Both the position numbers and the translations under genes were made by a program. Below are positions 1 through 8,741 of a stretch of DNA of 64,000 nt, in pieces; position 1 is the stretch's first letter, and each line of letters starts with the position of its first letter. Source of the DNA: Kiritimatiellia bacterium (GTDB lineage Bacteria; Verrucomicrobiota; Kiritimatiellia; CAIQIC01; Lenti-01); the NCBI GenBank assembly GCA_040768005.1, contig JAXGNL010000009.1, forward strand, positions 1,471-65,470, in the 5' to 3' direction. The notes under the pieces were generated by a model. That model was not told the DNA's origin and made no database searches. It worked only from the letters and a program-made list of their open reading frames with translations.

Positions 1-412
1 AGGGCGACGTCCGGGGCTTGAACGGCATGGCCCGGAGGATCCGGATGCCGCAGGCGGTCAGGTCGCGGACGGCCGTGCGGAACTGGTCATAGGATTCGAT
101 GGCGCACGGGCCGGCAATGATTTCCATGTGCCCGCCGCCGATCTTCACGCCGCGGACCTCCACCACCGAGTCGTTCGGATGGTATTCGCGCGAGACCAGC
201 TTGAACTTCTTCTGGACCGGAAAGACCGATTCGACGGCCGGCAGGTTGCGCAGCACCTCGAGGGACTGGTGGCTGAGTTCGTCGCCGATGCAGGCCACCA
301 CCGTCTGTTCGGTGCCGCGGATGACGCGGGGCTGGTAGCGCAGGGAGGCCACCATGTCGCTGACGGTGGCCACGTCGGTATCGCTGCTGTTTCGTTTCAA
401 TACGATGATCAT
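1..412 (-). CDS. DAHP synthase (3-deoxy-7-phosphoheptulonate synthase, type I-beta with N-terminal regulatory domain), 3' end off window
   Basis: Own translation from ATG at 412: MIIVLKRNSSDTDVATVSDMVASLRYQPRVIRGTEQ...VRGVKIGGGHMEIIAGPCAIESYDQF...RAMPFKPRTSP. GPCAIES and FKPRTSP are family motifs. Absent from the ORF track because it is open at the window edge. Confidence 0.8.
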   Translation of the reverse strand, partial: MIIVLKRNSSDTDVATVSDMVASLRYQPRVIRGTEQTVVACIGDELSHQSLEVLRNLPAVESVFPVQKKFKLVSREYHPNDSVVEVRGVKIGGGHMEIIAGPCAIESYDQFRTAVRDLTACGIRILRAMPFKPRTSP

Positions 413-1036
413 GTTGAGGCTTTGGGGTTAGAGGTCCGTGTTCTGGGGGCCGGGCGGATCGGCAAAAAAAATCCGCGCATCCGTTTCGCCGGACACGCGG
501 TTTTCGGAAGGAGTCCCGGGGCGATGGCTCACCGGGCCGATCCGGACCGTGCGTCCGGCGACCTAAAGATGAAGCCGAAATAGAACTCCTTGCCGTTCAT
601 GCGGGATACTCAACCACGCGGGCCGGGGGATGTCAAGCGGCGGCGGAGAAAATCCATCCGCCCGCCGGAACAGCCAACAGCGCAACTATGAATAGAGCGA
701 ATCACACGAATGGGGTAGAGGAGGCAGGGATCGAACAGCCGGGACAGGCAACTGCGAATCCCGGCCTCTTGGAGGGTCGGGACGAATGGGGAAGGGAAAA
801 ACTACGAAACACGCCAAAAGCTCGAAAAGCATGAAAGGGGGAAGAATATTCACCACAGAGGGCACAGAGGTTCACAGGGAAGGGGATCGGTTTGGAGTGC
901 GGCGGCATGACGCCGCTTTGGGCCGGAACAGCCAAACGGCCGCAGAAGGATTGACCAGATTGGAAACTGCAGCTGCGCCTGCCGCCGGCAAAGGCGGGGC
1001 TTGCCGGCGGCCCGTTTCGCGCCGTAGGATCGGGGC

Positions 1037-2080
1037 ATGGCAGGACGCTCCACATGGCGGCGGGTTTCAGGGCTGGCACTGGTCCTGCTGGTATCGGGGT
1101 GCTCGTCGCTGACGGCCTACCGGGCGCGCTTCACGGAGCCGGCCTACACGGTCACCCCGGAGTATTATGAGCGGTCCCCGCGGCGCGTGGCGGTGTTTCC
1201 GTTCGCGACCCGCCGGCTGACCGCGGCCAACCTGGAGCGGGCGCAGACCTGCCGCATCGCCTTCTACCAGCACTTCTGCATCCGGGACTTCGAAGACGTG
1301 GATCTGCACGCGCTGGACCGCCGGCTGCTGGCCGGCGAGGAGGCGCCCGCGCACGGGCTCCTGCAGCAGTTCACGGAGACCGTTCGCTGGCTGGATGTCG
1401 TGGGCGTGACGAGCTTTCTGGACTGGAAGGAGCTGACGGGCTGTCCGGAAGGCGGCAGCCGGATCTTCCGGGAATGGGTGAGGGGCGCGCGGAAAGACTG
1501 GCAGGCGGATGCCTATGTGCTGGGCATCACCCGCGGCTACGGCCGGCTGTATGCCGTGGTGTTTTCCACCCTGGGGCTGGCCACCCATGTCGAACTGCGG
1601 TCCACGAAGGACGACGCGCTGCTGTGGAGCGCGGAGCGCCGCTCCCGCAGCTATTCCCTGCCGCTGACGATTGATCCGATGTCTATTCCGACCCTGCTGT
1701 ACCAGATCTGGCGCGATTCGCGCGGCGACCAGCTGGATATTCTGGCGTTTCATGTGTACCGCGATCTGGTGGCGACCCTGCCGCCGGTCCGGGCGGAGGG
1801 ACCGGTCTGGGTGCGCGCCGACCGTCCCCGCACGCGGATTTTCCGGAAGCCGACCCTGTGGACATTCTGGCCGGGGGCCCATGTGCCCAAGGGCCGGCGG
1901 ATGGCGTTCATGGGCGAGAAGAACGGCTGGGTTCACTGCAAAGGGCCGTACGGGCGAAAGGTGTGGATCCTGTGCCGCGACGGCACCCTGGTGGATGAAG
2001 AGGGCGAGCCGCTGCCGGTTGCGGGCGCGTTCGGGAGCCTGTGGGCGCCGGAGCCGCCCGAACCGTCCGCGGAAGATTGA
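1037..2080 (+). CDS. lipoprotein of unknown function
   Basis: 347-aa ORF. The N-terminus LALVLLVSGCSS is a lipobox signal peptide. Composition is coding-like compared with the antisense ORFs. Confidence 0.6.
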   Translation: MAGRSTWRRVSGLALVLLVSGCSSLTAYRARFTEPAYTVTPEYYERSPRRVAVFPFATRRLTAANLERAQTCRIAFYQHFCIRDFEDVDLHALDRRLLAGEEAPAHGLLQQFTETVRWLDVVGVTSFLDWKELTGCPEGGSRIFREWVRGARKDWQADAYVLGITRGYGRLYAVVFSTLGLATHVELRSTKDDALLWSAERRSRSYSLPLTIDPMSIPTLLYQIWRDSRGDQLDILAFHVYRDLVATLPPVRAEGPVWVRADRPRTRIFRKPTLWTFWPGAHVPKGRRMAFMGEKNGWVHCKGPYGRKVWILCRDGTLVDEEGEPLPVAGAFGSLWAPEPPEPSAED

Positions 2081-2117
2081 TCCCGCCCGTCCGCGCCCCG
2101 GCCGCCGGGCGTCCGGA

Positions 2118-3149
2118 TTATCGTCCGGGTTTCTTGAGGAATGGCCGGGGCCGGGGCGACGGGGCGGCCGAGGGCGCGGTAAGGGCCCGGGTGCAGCGCG
2201 CAGTCGGCGGCCTCTTCGTCCACGCAGGGCTTGCCGGGATAGAGCTGGTAGTCGCGGCGGAACGGTTGGGGTGGCGTTGCTAGCGAAGACGTTGGAGCCG
2301 CATCGGAGCGCGCGGTCGCGCCCGTCGGGAAACAGCGCATCGAAGGCGGTCGTGCGGGCGTCGGGGACAGGCCAGGCGCAGGACGGCGATGGCGCGGAAA
2401 ACAGGTCGGGATCGCCGGCGTAGGCGTTGGACTCGTTTTCGCGGGGTGCCGGGGCAGGGAATGAAGGGGCCGATGCCGATCATGTCGAAATCGAACTCCC
2501 GGCAAAGGAGGATGTTGCCGGCGAGGGTGTCGGGGGTTTCGCCGGGCAGGCCGATCATGAAGCCGCCGCCGGTCTGCACGCCCAGCGCCTGCAGGTCGCG
2601 CAGGCAGCGCAGGCGGTCGGCCAGCGTGCTGCCGGGATGCAGGCGGGCAAAGAGGTCCGGATCGGAGGTTTCGAAGCGCAGCAGGTAGCGATCCATGCCC
2701 GCATCGCGCCAGCGGGCATAGACGTCGCGCGGGCGGTTGCCGACGGACAGCGTGATGGCCAGCGCCGGGAATTCGGTCTTGATCCGCCGCAGCAGGGCGG
2801 CAAGATCGTCATCGGCCGGGCCGGGGGTTTCGCCGGACTGCAAGACGACCGTGCCGGCGGTTCCGGCGGCGGCAATGCCGCGGACGGCGGCGAGAATCTC
2901 GTCAGGCGTCATCCGGTAGCGGGCGGGGAGGGGGTTGGAGGCGCGGATGCCGCAGTAGAGGCAGTCGTTGGCGCAGGCATTGGAAAACTCCAGGATGGCG
3001 CGGACGGGGACGGCATCGCCGCAATGCGCCCGGCGCACGGCGTCGGCCCGGGCAAACAGCGCGTCCTGCGCCGGGCCCCGGGCGGCGAGCAGACGCCGCC
3101 ATTCCGCGCGGGATCCGGATTTTCCATGGTGTGGAAAAATGTTTTCCAT
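2118..3149 (-). pseudogene. hydE: radical SAM enzyme, HydE-like ([FeFe]-hydrogenase maturase family), 3' third split over three frames as read
   Basis: ILEFSNACANDCLYCGIRASNPLPARYRMTPDEI and VVLQSGE match the HydE/BioB-type CX3CX2C region. After GPFIPCPGTP the homologous sequence continues in other frames (ENESNAYAGDPDL / FRAIAVLRLACP / DARTTAFDALFPDGRDRALRCGSNVFASNATP / QPFRRDYQLYPGKPCVDEEAADC). The 3' end and the start codon are uncertain; the start lies inside a repeat. Confidence 0.6.
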
Positions 3150-3192
3150 AGCGTGGAAAACTACCACAAAAATTTTCCATGGCGTGGAAAAT
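3119..3192. repeat. triple-palindrome element, copy 1 (three TTTTCCAYRGYGTGGAAAA units)
   Basis: 19-nt palindromic units at 3120-3138, 3142-3160 and 3173-3191. Centre spacing is 22 and 31 bp, identical to copy 2 at 27133-27204. Confidence 0.85.
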
Positions 3193-3228
3193 CCGGATTT
3201 TCGAGGGGGAGGAGCGCCGCAACCCGCG

Positions 3229-3774
3229 TCAGGTTCGGCGGGCCGAACCGAGGCGGGGCAGCCAGCGCAGGGCGTTGCGAAGCTGCGCGGCTTCGGCGGC
3301 GGCGACGGCCTGGAGGCGGCCGAGCAGCTCGAGATAGCGCTCCAGGACGCGGCGGGCGTCGTCGCCGGCTTCCTTGTGGGAGAACAGCCCGCGGGGGCGG
3401 GCTTCGAAGTCGAGCTGCGGCTGCAGGATGCGGGCCTTGAATTCCGGGCCGAGGTCCTGATTGGTCAGCAGAAGGCGGCGGTCGGAGTGGCGCACGCGCG
3501 TGCATTCGTCGAGATACCACGTGGGCGAGCCGGTGGCATCCAGGTGCAGGAGCTGCAACAGATGCTTTTCCGTCCGCCAGAGGTCGAGCAGGTCCTTTTC
3601 CGCGACGCCCAGCAGGGTCAGGTGGACGATTTTGCGCAGCAGGGCGAAGTAGGCGGGGGAGTAGGCGGCGCCCTCCAGCACGGGAAGGTCCATGCGCTTT
3701 TGCAGGCCCAGCAGATAGACCGCCGGCCGGTGGAGGGCCTTGGCCATTTCGCCCAGCGTCATGCCCGCGGCCAT
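3229..3774 (-). CDS. hypothetical protein, possible N-terminal HTH
   Basis: 181-aa ORF. MTLGEMAKALHRPAVYLLGLQKRMDL resembles a MerR-like HTH. No firm family assignment. Confidence 0.55.
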   Translation of the reverse strand: MAAGMTLGEMAKALHRPAVYLLGLQKRMDLPVLEGAAYSPAYFALLRKIVHLTLLGVAEKDLLDLWRTEKHLLQLLHLDATGSPTWYLDECTRVRHSDRRLLLTNQDLGPEFKARILQPQLDFEARPRGLFSHKEAGDDARRVLERYLELLGRLQAVAAAEAAQLRNALRWLPRLGSARRT

Positions 3775-3870
3775 GGCGGACCTGGCAGCGTTCGGACGGA
3801 CGGGGGCAACGGGTTCATGTACGGCAGATTGCCAGAACCCGGCGGAAAAATCAGCCCAGAAGTTCGGGGG

Positions 3871-4113
3871 TCAGGTCATCAGGACCAGCGCCAGCCAAGG
3901 GACCAGATTGAAGCCGATAATCAGGATCTTCCACCAGCCGAGGTACTGGTAAAACTGCCGGGTAAAGGCCTCGCGGGGCATGGGAAACCAGCGGCCATGC
4001 AGGCGGGCGACCCAGTCGCCGGCCAGCATCAGCAGCAGCGAGGACAGCAGCAGCAGGCCCGCGTTGAAGATCGTGCACCATCCGAAAAACATCCGCAGTT
4101 GCTCCAGATTCAT
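3871..4113 (-). CDS. small membrane protein
   Basis: Internal Met of the 126-aa ORF: MNLEQLRMFFGWCTIFNAGLLLLSSLLLMLAGDW... with two hydrophobic helices. The upstream part of the ORF is Pro/Arg-rich and unlikely to be coding. Confidence 0.5.
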   Translation of the reverse strand: MNLEQLRMFFGWCTIFNAGLLLLSSLLLMLAGDWVARLHGRWFPMPREAFTRQFYQYLGWWKILIIGFNLVPWLALVLMT

Positions 4114-4240
4114 GATCGGACCTCCCTTCTGCCGAAAGCCTACGCCCGGCGGGGAGGATTGCAAGGGGAGATCCGGAAGGGGCCGCCAAGGGGGTGCCGC
4201 GGCTTGCCGCGGGGCCGGGCGGCTGATAGGGTGCGGGACC

Positions 4241-4603
4241 ATGAAACACAACGACGACTGGACAAGTTTGCGGGACGAGATCGTGGCCTTTCGCGACGCG
4301 CGGGACTGGGCGCAGTTTCACACGCCCAAGAATCTCGCGGCGGGCATTTCCATCGAGGCCGCCGAACTGCTGGAGCATTTTCTGTGGTGCACGGATGACG
4401 GCGCCCGGGCGCTGATCCGCAACAAGGCGCGGCGCAAGCAGATTGCCGAGGAACTGGCGGATGTGGTGAATTACGCCCTGCTGCTGGCCAACGCGATGGA
4501 GATCGATCTGCCGGCGGAAATCCGGCGCAAGATCCGGATCAATGCGCGCAAATACCCCGTCCGCAAATCCAAGGGCATTGCGAAAAAATACACCGAGCTG
4601 TAA
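4241..4603 (+). CDS. MazG-like nucleotide pyrophosphohydrolase
   Basis: MKHNDDWTSLRDEIVAFRDARDWAQFHTPKNLAAGISIEAAELLEHFLW...ELADVVNYALLLA, the typical small MazG / dCTP-pyrophosphatase-like pattern. ATG at 4241. Confidence 0.8.
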   Translation: MKHNDDWTSLRDEIVAFRDARDWAQFHTPKNLAAGISIEAAELLEHFLWCTDDGARALIRNKARRKQIAEELADVVNYALLLANAMEIDLPAEIRRKIRINARKYPVRKSKGIAKKYTEL

Positions 4604-4641
4604 GGCCTCCGGGGGGGCGGCGCATCCAGGTGAAATCCGTC

Positions 4642-4704
4642 CCGGTTTTTGAAACGGTATAGTTATTGCAATATGTATACATATTGCAATATGTATAAAA
4701 CCGG
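4642..4704. repeat. AT-rich palindromic element, copy 1
   Basis: CCGGTTTT...AAAACCGG arms enclose TATAGTTATTGCAATATGTATACATATTGCAATATGTATA. This includes the perfect 24-bp palindrome TTGCAATATGTATACATATTGCAA at 4666-4689. Related copy at 26092-26130. Confidence 0.8.
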
Positions 4705-4712
4705 GGAATCGG

Positions 4713-5210
4713 TCAGTCCCGGGGGGGCGGGGCGAGGCGGGCGGCGATGGCGCGGGCCTTGACGGAAAGGAGAAGGCCGGCGGCGAGCTGGACCAGGCCG
4801 GGCAGGAACTGGCGAAGAACGTGAAACTCGGGGTACTGCGTCCCGGGGTGCAGAAGGTTGACGGCGGTGGCGGCGATCTGGGAGAGGGAGCGGACGGCGA
4901 GATAGACGCCGATGAGGGTGAGGCCGACGACGAGGGCGGAATCCGGCGTGAAGGCCCCGAGGGGGGCCTCGGTGTTCAGGTTCAGTTTGCCGGCCAGCCA
5001 CTCGGTGCGGACCAGGAGGATCCAGACGGCGGCCAGCGAGGCGAACAGGGCCAGGAGGGAGAGCAGGAGGCCGGCGGCCAGCTGCGGGACAGGCGGATGG
5101 TCGCCCAGCGCCCAGAAGAACAGGCCGATGATCTGGAACGAGGTGATCAGGACAAGATAGAGCAGGACCAGGCCCAGCAGCTTGGCGAAGACGAGGAACA
5201 GGTTTTTCAC
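4713..5210 (-). CDS. integral membrane protein, unknown function
   Basis: GTG at 5210 preceded by GGAGAC. VKNLFLVFAKLLGLVLLYLVLITSF... with four hydrophobic segments. Lies immediately downstream of ileS. Confidence 0.55.
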   Translation of the reverse strand: MKNLFLVFAKLLGLVLLYLVLITSFQIIGLFFWALGDHPPVPQLAAGLLLSLLALFASLAAVWILLVRTEWLAGKLNLNTEAPLGAFTPDSALVVGLTLIGVYLAVRSLSQIAATAVNLLHPGTQYPEFHVLRQFLPGLVQLAAGLLLSVKARAIAARLAPPPRD

Positions 5211-5226
5211 GGGAGTCTCCGGGGGA

Positions 5227-8200
5227 TCAGGCCTTGGCCAGGGCGATGGCGCAGGGGTGGCCGTTGATGTCGAGATCGCCGGGGCCGGGGACGGCGGCAA
5301 GTTCGACGGCGAGGGTCTCGGCGGCGATGGTGTCCCGGTGGGCTTCGATGGCGGAGAGCAGTTCGGCGTCGGCGGCGATCTTCAGGGTGATGCGGTCGGC
5401 GACGTCGAGGTTCTGGGTCTTGCGCTGGTTCTGGATGCGGTTGATGAGTTCGCGCGCGTGGCCTTCCTGGACGAGGGCGGGGGTCAGGTTGGTTTCGAGG
5501 GCGACGACGAGGGCGCCGCTGGAAGCGACGGCGAGGCCGTGCCGGGGGGTGCGCTGGATCAGGACATCCGCCGGATCGAGTTTGACGGGCTTGCCTTCCA
5601 GCACAATGACGACGGACTGGTTGTCGAGCAGCTCCGCGAGCTCCTCGGTGCCGAAGGAGGCGATGGCGGCGACGGCTTTTTTCATGAGGCCGCCGAGCCG
5701 GGGGCCGAGGGTCTTGAAGTTGGCCTTGGCGGAGAGCTCGGCGAGGGCGGTTTCATCGCGGCCGAAGCGGACTTCCTTGACGTTGAGTTCGTCGGCGACG
5801 ATGTCGGCGAGGGGGCGGACGAGGTCGAGGACGGCGTCGTCGCGGCAGACGACATGGAGGGCGGCGAGGGGCTGGCGGACCTTGAGGTTGAAGTCGGCGC
5901 GGAGCTGGCGGGCGAGGCCGACGACTTCCTGGACGCGGGCCATCTGGGCTTCGAGGGCTTCGTCGCGCGGCAGGGTTCCGGGGAGGGGATAGTCGCAGAG
6001 GTGGACGGATTCGGGCATGTCGTCCGTCCGCAGGTTGCGGTGGATCTCCTCGGAGAGGAAGGGGGTGAAGGGCGCGGCGATCCGGCACAGGCGCAGCAGA
6101 ACGGTGTGAAGGGTTTCGTAGGCGCGGGTCTTGTCGGCGTCGTCCTCGCTCTTCCAGAAGCGCCGGCGGGAGCGGCGGATGTACCAGTTGGTGAGGTCGT
6201 CAATGAACTGCACGAGGGGCCGGACGGCCTGCTGGAGGTCGTAGGCGTCCAGGGCGGCGACGACATCGCCGGCAAGCCGGTCGAGGGTGGAGAGGATCCA
6301 GCGGTCCATGAGGGAGGGGGAGGGGGGAGTTGGAATGGTGGAATGATGGAATGATGCAGGGGCCGATCCGTTCGGATCTGCGCCTTCTGTCCTCTGGCCT
6401 TTGGCGTCGCCGCATGGCGGCTCCCAGCCGTCCACGTTGGCGTAGGTGACGAGGAAGGAGTAGGCATTCCACCAGGGGATGAGGAGGTGGCGCAGGGAGT
6501 GGACGACGCCCTGTTCCGAGAAGCAGAGATCCTCGGCGCGGACGATGGGCGAATGGATCATGTAGAGGCGCAGGGCGTCGGCGCCGTAGGTGTCGAAGAT
6601 GTAGTTGGGGTCGGGGTAGTTCTTGAGGCGCTTGGACATTTTGCGTCCGTCTTCGGCGAGGACGAGGCCGTTGACGATGACGTTCTTGTAGGGGGATTTT
6701 CCGAACAGGGCGGTGCCGAGGAGCATCAGGGTATAGAACCAGCCGCGGGTCTGGTCGAGGCCTTCGGCGATGAAATCGGCGGGGAAGAATTTGTCCAGTT
6801 CACCGGCCCGTTCGAAGGGGTAGTGCTGCTGGGCGTAGGGCATGGAGCCGGATTCGAACCAGCAGTCGAGCACTTCGGGGGTGCGGCGGTAGGTCTTGCC
6901 GTTGAGCGTGAAGGTGATCTTGTCCACGTGGTGCTTGTGGAGGTCGGCGACCTTCCGGCCGGAAAGCTGTTCGAGTTCGGCGATGGAGCCGACGCAGACC
7001 ATGTCCTGGCCGTCCTCGGAGACCCAGACGGGGATGCAGGAGCCCCAGAAGCGGTTGCGGGAGATGTTCCAGTCCTTGGCTTCCTTGAGCCAGTTGCCGA
7101 AGCGCTTTTCGCCGACGGCCTGGGGGACCCAATGGACGGGGGCGTTGCTTTCGGCGAGGCGGTCGCGGAGATCTTCGACGCGGACATACCAGGCCTCGAT
7201 GGCGCGGTAGATCAGCGGGGTGTCGGTGCGCGGGCAGAAGGGATAGGAGTGGACCAGGGTGGACTGGTGCACCAGCTTGCCGGCGTCTTTCAGCGAACGG
7301 ATGATGGGTTTGTCGGCGTCCTTGCAGAAGACGCCGTGGAATTCGGGGACGGATTCGGTGAAGGCGCAGACATCGTCGAGATAGTCGCGCAGGGGGATGC
7401 CGGCGGCCTGACAGACGCGGAAGTCGTCCTCGCCGAAGGCGGGGGCGATGTGCACGAACCCGGTGCCGTCCTCGGTGCTGACGAAGCCGTCATTGAGGAT
7501 GCGGAACGCGCCGGGGGCGTCGTCCTTGAAGGTATCGAAGATCGGCTCGTAGGTGAGTCCGAGCAGGTCGGCGCCCGTGAAGGCGGCGAGGGTTTCGTAC
7601 TGGTCGGGTTTCTGGTAATAGGCGGCGAGCCGGGCTTCGGCGAGGAGATAGATGCTGCGGTCGGCGGCGTCGCGGACGGCGACATAGGGGATATCGGGTC
7701 CGGCGCAGATGGCGAGGTTGCCGTAGAGGGTCCAGGGGGTGGTGGTCCAGATGAGGGCATAGACGGGGGAGCCGCCGGCCTCGAGGCCGGCGGGCAGAGA
7801 CGTCAGCTTGACGCGGACGGTGATGGAGGGGTCCTGGACGTCCTGGTAGTTGCTGCCGGCCTCGAAGTTGGAGAGGGGGGTGTTGAGCTTCCAGGAATAG
7901 GGCATGATGCGGTGGGACTTGTACACGCGGCCCTGCTCCCAGAGCTGCTTGAACACCCACCAGATGGTCTCCATGAAGGAGGGGTCCATCGTTTTGTAAT
8001 CGTTGTCGAAGTCCACCCAGCGGCCCATGCGGGTGACGGTTTTGCGCCATTCCTCGACGTAGGTGAGCACCATGGAGCGGCAGGTTTCGTTGAAGACATC
8101 CACGCCCCGGGCGGCGATGTCGGCGGCGCCGGAGAGCCCGAGCTTCTCCTGGGCGAGGGCCTCGATGGGCAGGCCGTGGCAGTCCCAGCCGAAACGCCGT

Positions 8201-8439
8201 TCGACCAGGTGTCCGCGCATGGTCTGGTAGCGCGGCAGGATGTCCTTGATGGTGCCGGCGAGGAGATGGCCGTAGTGGGGGGCGCCGGTGGCGAAAGGAG
8301 GGCCGTCGTAGAAGACGTATTCCCTGGCGCCCCGGCGGTGGGCGATGGACTTCTTGAACGTGTCGTGCTCGGCCCAGAAGCGGAGGACGTCCTCCTCCAT
8401 TTCGGGAAACGACATTTTGCTGGAAACGGGCTTGAACAT
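5227..8439 (-). CDS. ileS: isoleucine--tRNA ligase (type 2)
   Basis: Carries PPFATGAPHYGHLL (HIGH) and KMSKRLKN (KMSKS). Start taken at MFKPVSS (ATG 8439), which has GAAGGAAG 7 nt upstream. Confidence 0.95.
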   Translation of the reverse strand: MFKPVSSKMSFPEMEEDVLRFWAEHDTFKKSIAHRRGAREYVFYDGPPFATGAPHYGHLLAGTIKDILPRYQTMRGHLVERRFGWDCHGLPIEALAQEKLGLSGAADIAARGVDVFNETCRSMVLTYVEEWRKTVTRMGRWVDFDNDYKTMDPSFMETIWWVFKQLWEQGRVYKSHRIMPYSWKLNTPLSNFEAGSNYQDVQDPSITVRVKLTSLPAGLEAGGSPVYALIWTTTPWTLYGNLAICAGPDIPYVAVRDAADRSIYLLAEARLAAYYQKPDQYETLAAFTGADLLGLTYEPIFDTFKDDAPGAFRILNDGFVSTEDGTGFVHIAPAFGEDDFRVCQAAGIPLRDYLDDVCAFTESVPEFHGVFCKDADKPIIRSLKDAGKLVHQSTLVHSYPFCPRTDTPLIYRAIEAWYVRVEDLRDRLAESNAPVHWVPQAVGEKRFGNWLKEAKDWNISRNRFWGSCIPVWVSEDGQDMVCVGSIAELEQLSGRKVADLHKHHVDKITFTLNGKTYRRTPEVLDCWFESGSMPYAQQHYPFERAGELDKFFPADFIAEGLDQTRGWFYTLMLLGTALFGKSPYKNVIVNGLVLAEDGRKMSKRLKNYPDPNYIFDTYGADALRLYMIHSPIVRAEDLCFSEQGVVHSLRHLLIPWWNAYSFLVTYANVDGWEPPCGDAKGQRTEGADPNGSAPASFHHSTIPTPPSPSLMDRWILSTLDRLAGDVVAALDAYDLQQAVRPLVQFIDDLTNWYIRRSRRRFWKSEDDADKTRAYETLHTVLLRLCRIAAPFTPFLSEEIHRNLRTDDMPESVHLCDYPLPGTLPRDEALEAQMARVQEVVGLARQLRADFNLKVRQPLAALHVVCRDDAVLDLVRPLADIVADELNVKEVRFGRDETALAELSAKANFKTLGPRLGGLMKKAVAAIASFGTEELAELLDNQSVVIVLEGKPVKLDPADVLIQRTPRHGLAVASSGALVVALETNLTPALVQEGHARELINRIQNQRKTQNLDVADRITLKIAADAELLSAIEAHRDTIAAETLAVELAAVPGPGDLDINGHPCAIALAKA

Positions 8440-8483
8440 GGAAACTTCCTTCTCGGGCCGCACCGGACCCGAATCAGCCGGTC

Positions 8484-8512
8484 ATTCAAGAGCCGGCGCT
8501 TGATTTTGTCAA
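8484..8512 (-). promoter_or_regulatory. candidate sigma70-type promoter for ileS
   Basis: Minus strand reads TTGACA (8512-8507), 17 nt, TTGAAT (8489-8484), about 45 nt upstream of the ileS ATG. Confidence 0.35.
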
Positions 8513-8741
8513 GGTTGCCGCAGACGGAAAAATCCAACGCTTGTCCTTACCCAGAGAGTCCGGGCAGATGAAACGGGCGGGAAAAAGCCATAGGAAGCCG
8601 GGGGCCGAGTGTCTCGGTTATAATTATAAGCGAGACGGCATGGTTGGGGACTGATGCGGATTTGAGCGATGTCCGGGACAGGTCCGGTGCCGACCTGATT
8701 CGCGCCGCAAGGGGCGCGAGGGGGGCTCGGAGAGGAGGGGG

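Noticed and set aside
705-790. tRNA-like 3' end (reverse complement ...GTTCGATCCCTGCCTCCTCTACCCCA), possibly marking an old integration site.
   Set aside because: The T-stem halves are not complementary, no matching 5' acceptor strand or anticodon arm can be drawn, and the segment sits in a low-complexity purine-block region. At most it is a decayed fragment.
2902-3222. ORFs translating the triple-palindrome repeats (FHAMEN, FSTPWK and FPWRGK peptides), also at 26588-27193 and 26998-27570.
   Set aside because: The same peptides appear in both orientations and at both loci because the DNA is palindromic. These are repeat translations, not conserved proteins.
6487-8571. 694-aa plus-strand ORF, and similar very long ORFs at 5182-6354, 8975-11200, 12737-14569, 27144-28886, 28409-31141, 31303-34638, 34329-36500, 37247-39124, 42403-43626, 47985-49223 and 58407-60571.
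   Set aside because: All lie antisense to, or out of frame with, genes that have clear family motifs (ileS, mbh subunits, ATPase, dinG, leuS, ettA, rnd, intron RT, CNNM). Their translations are Gly/Ala/Arg/Asp-rich and low-complexity, as expected from GC-rich shadow frames.
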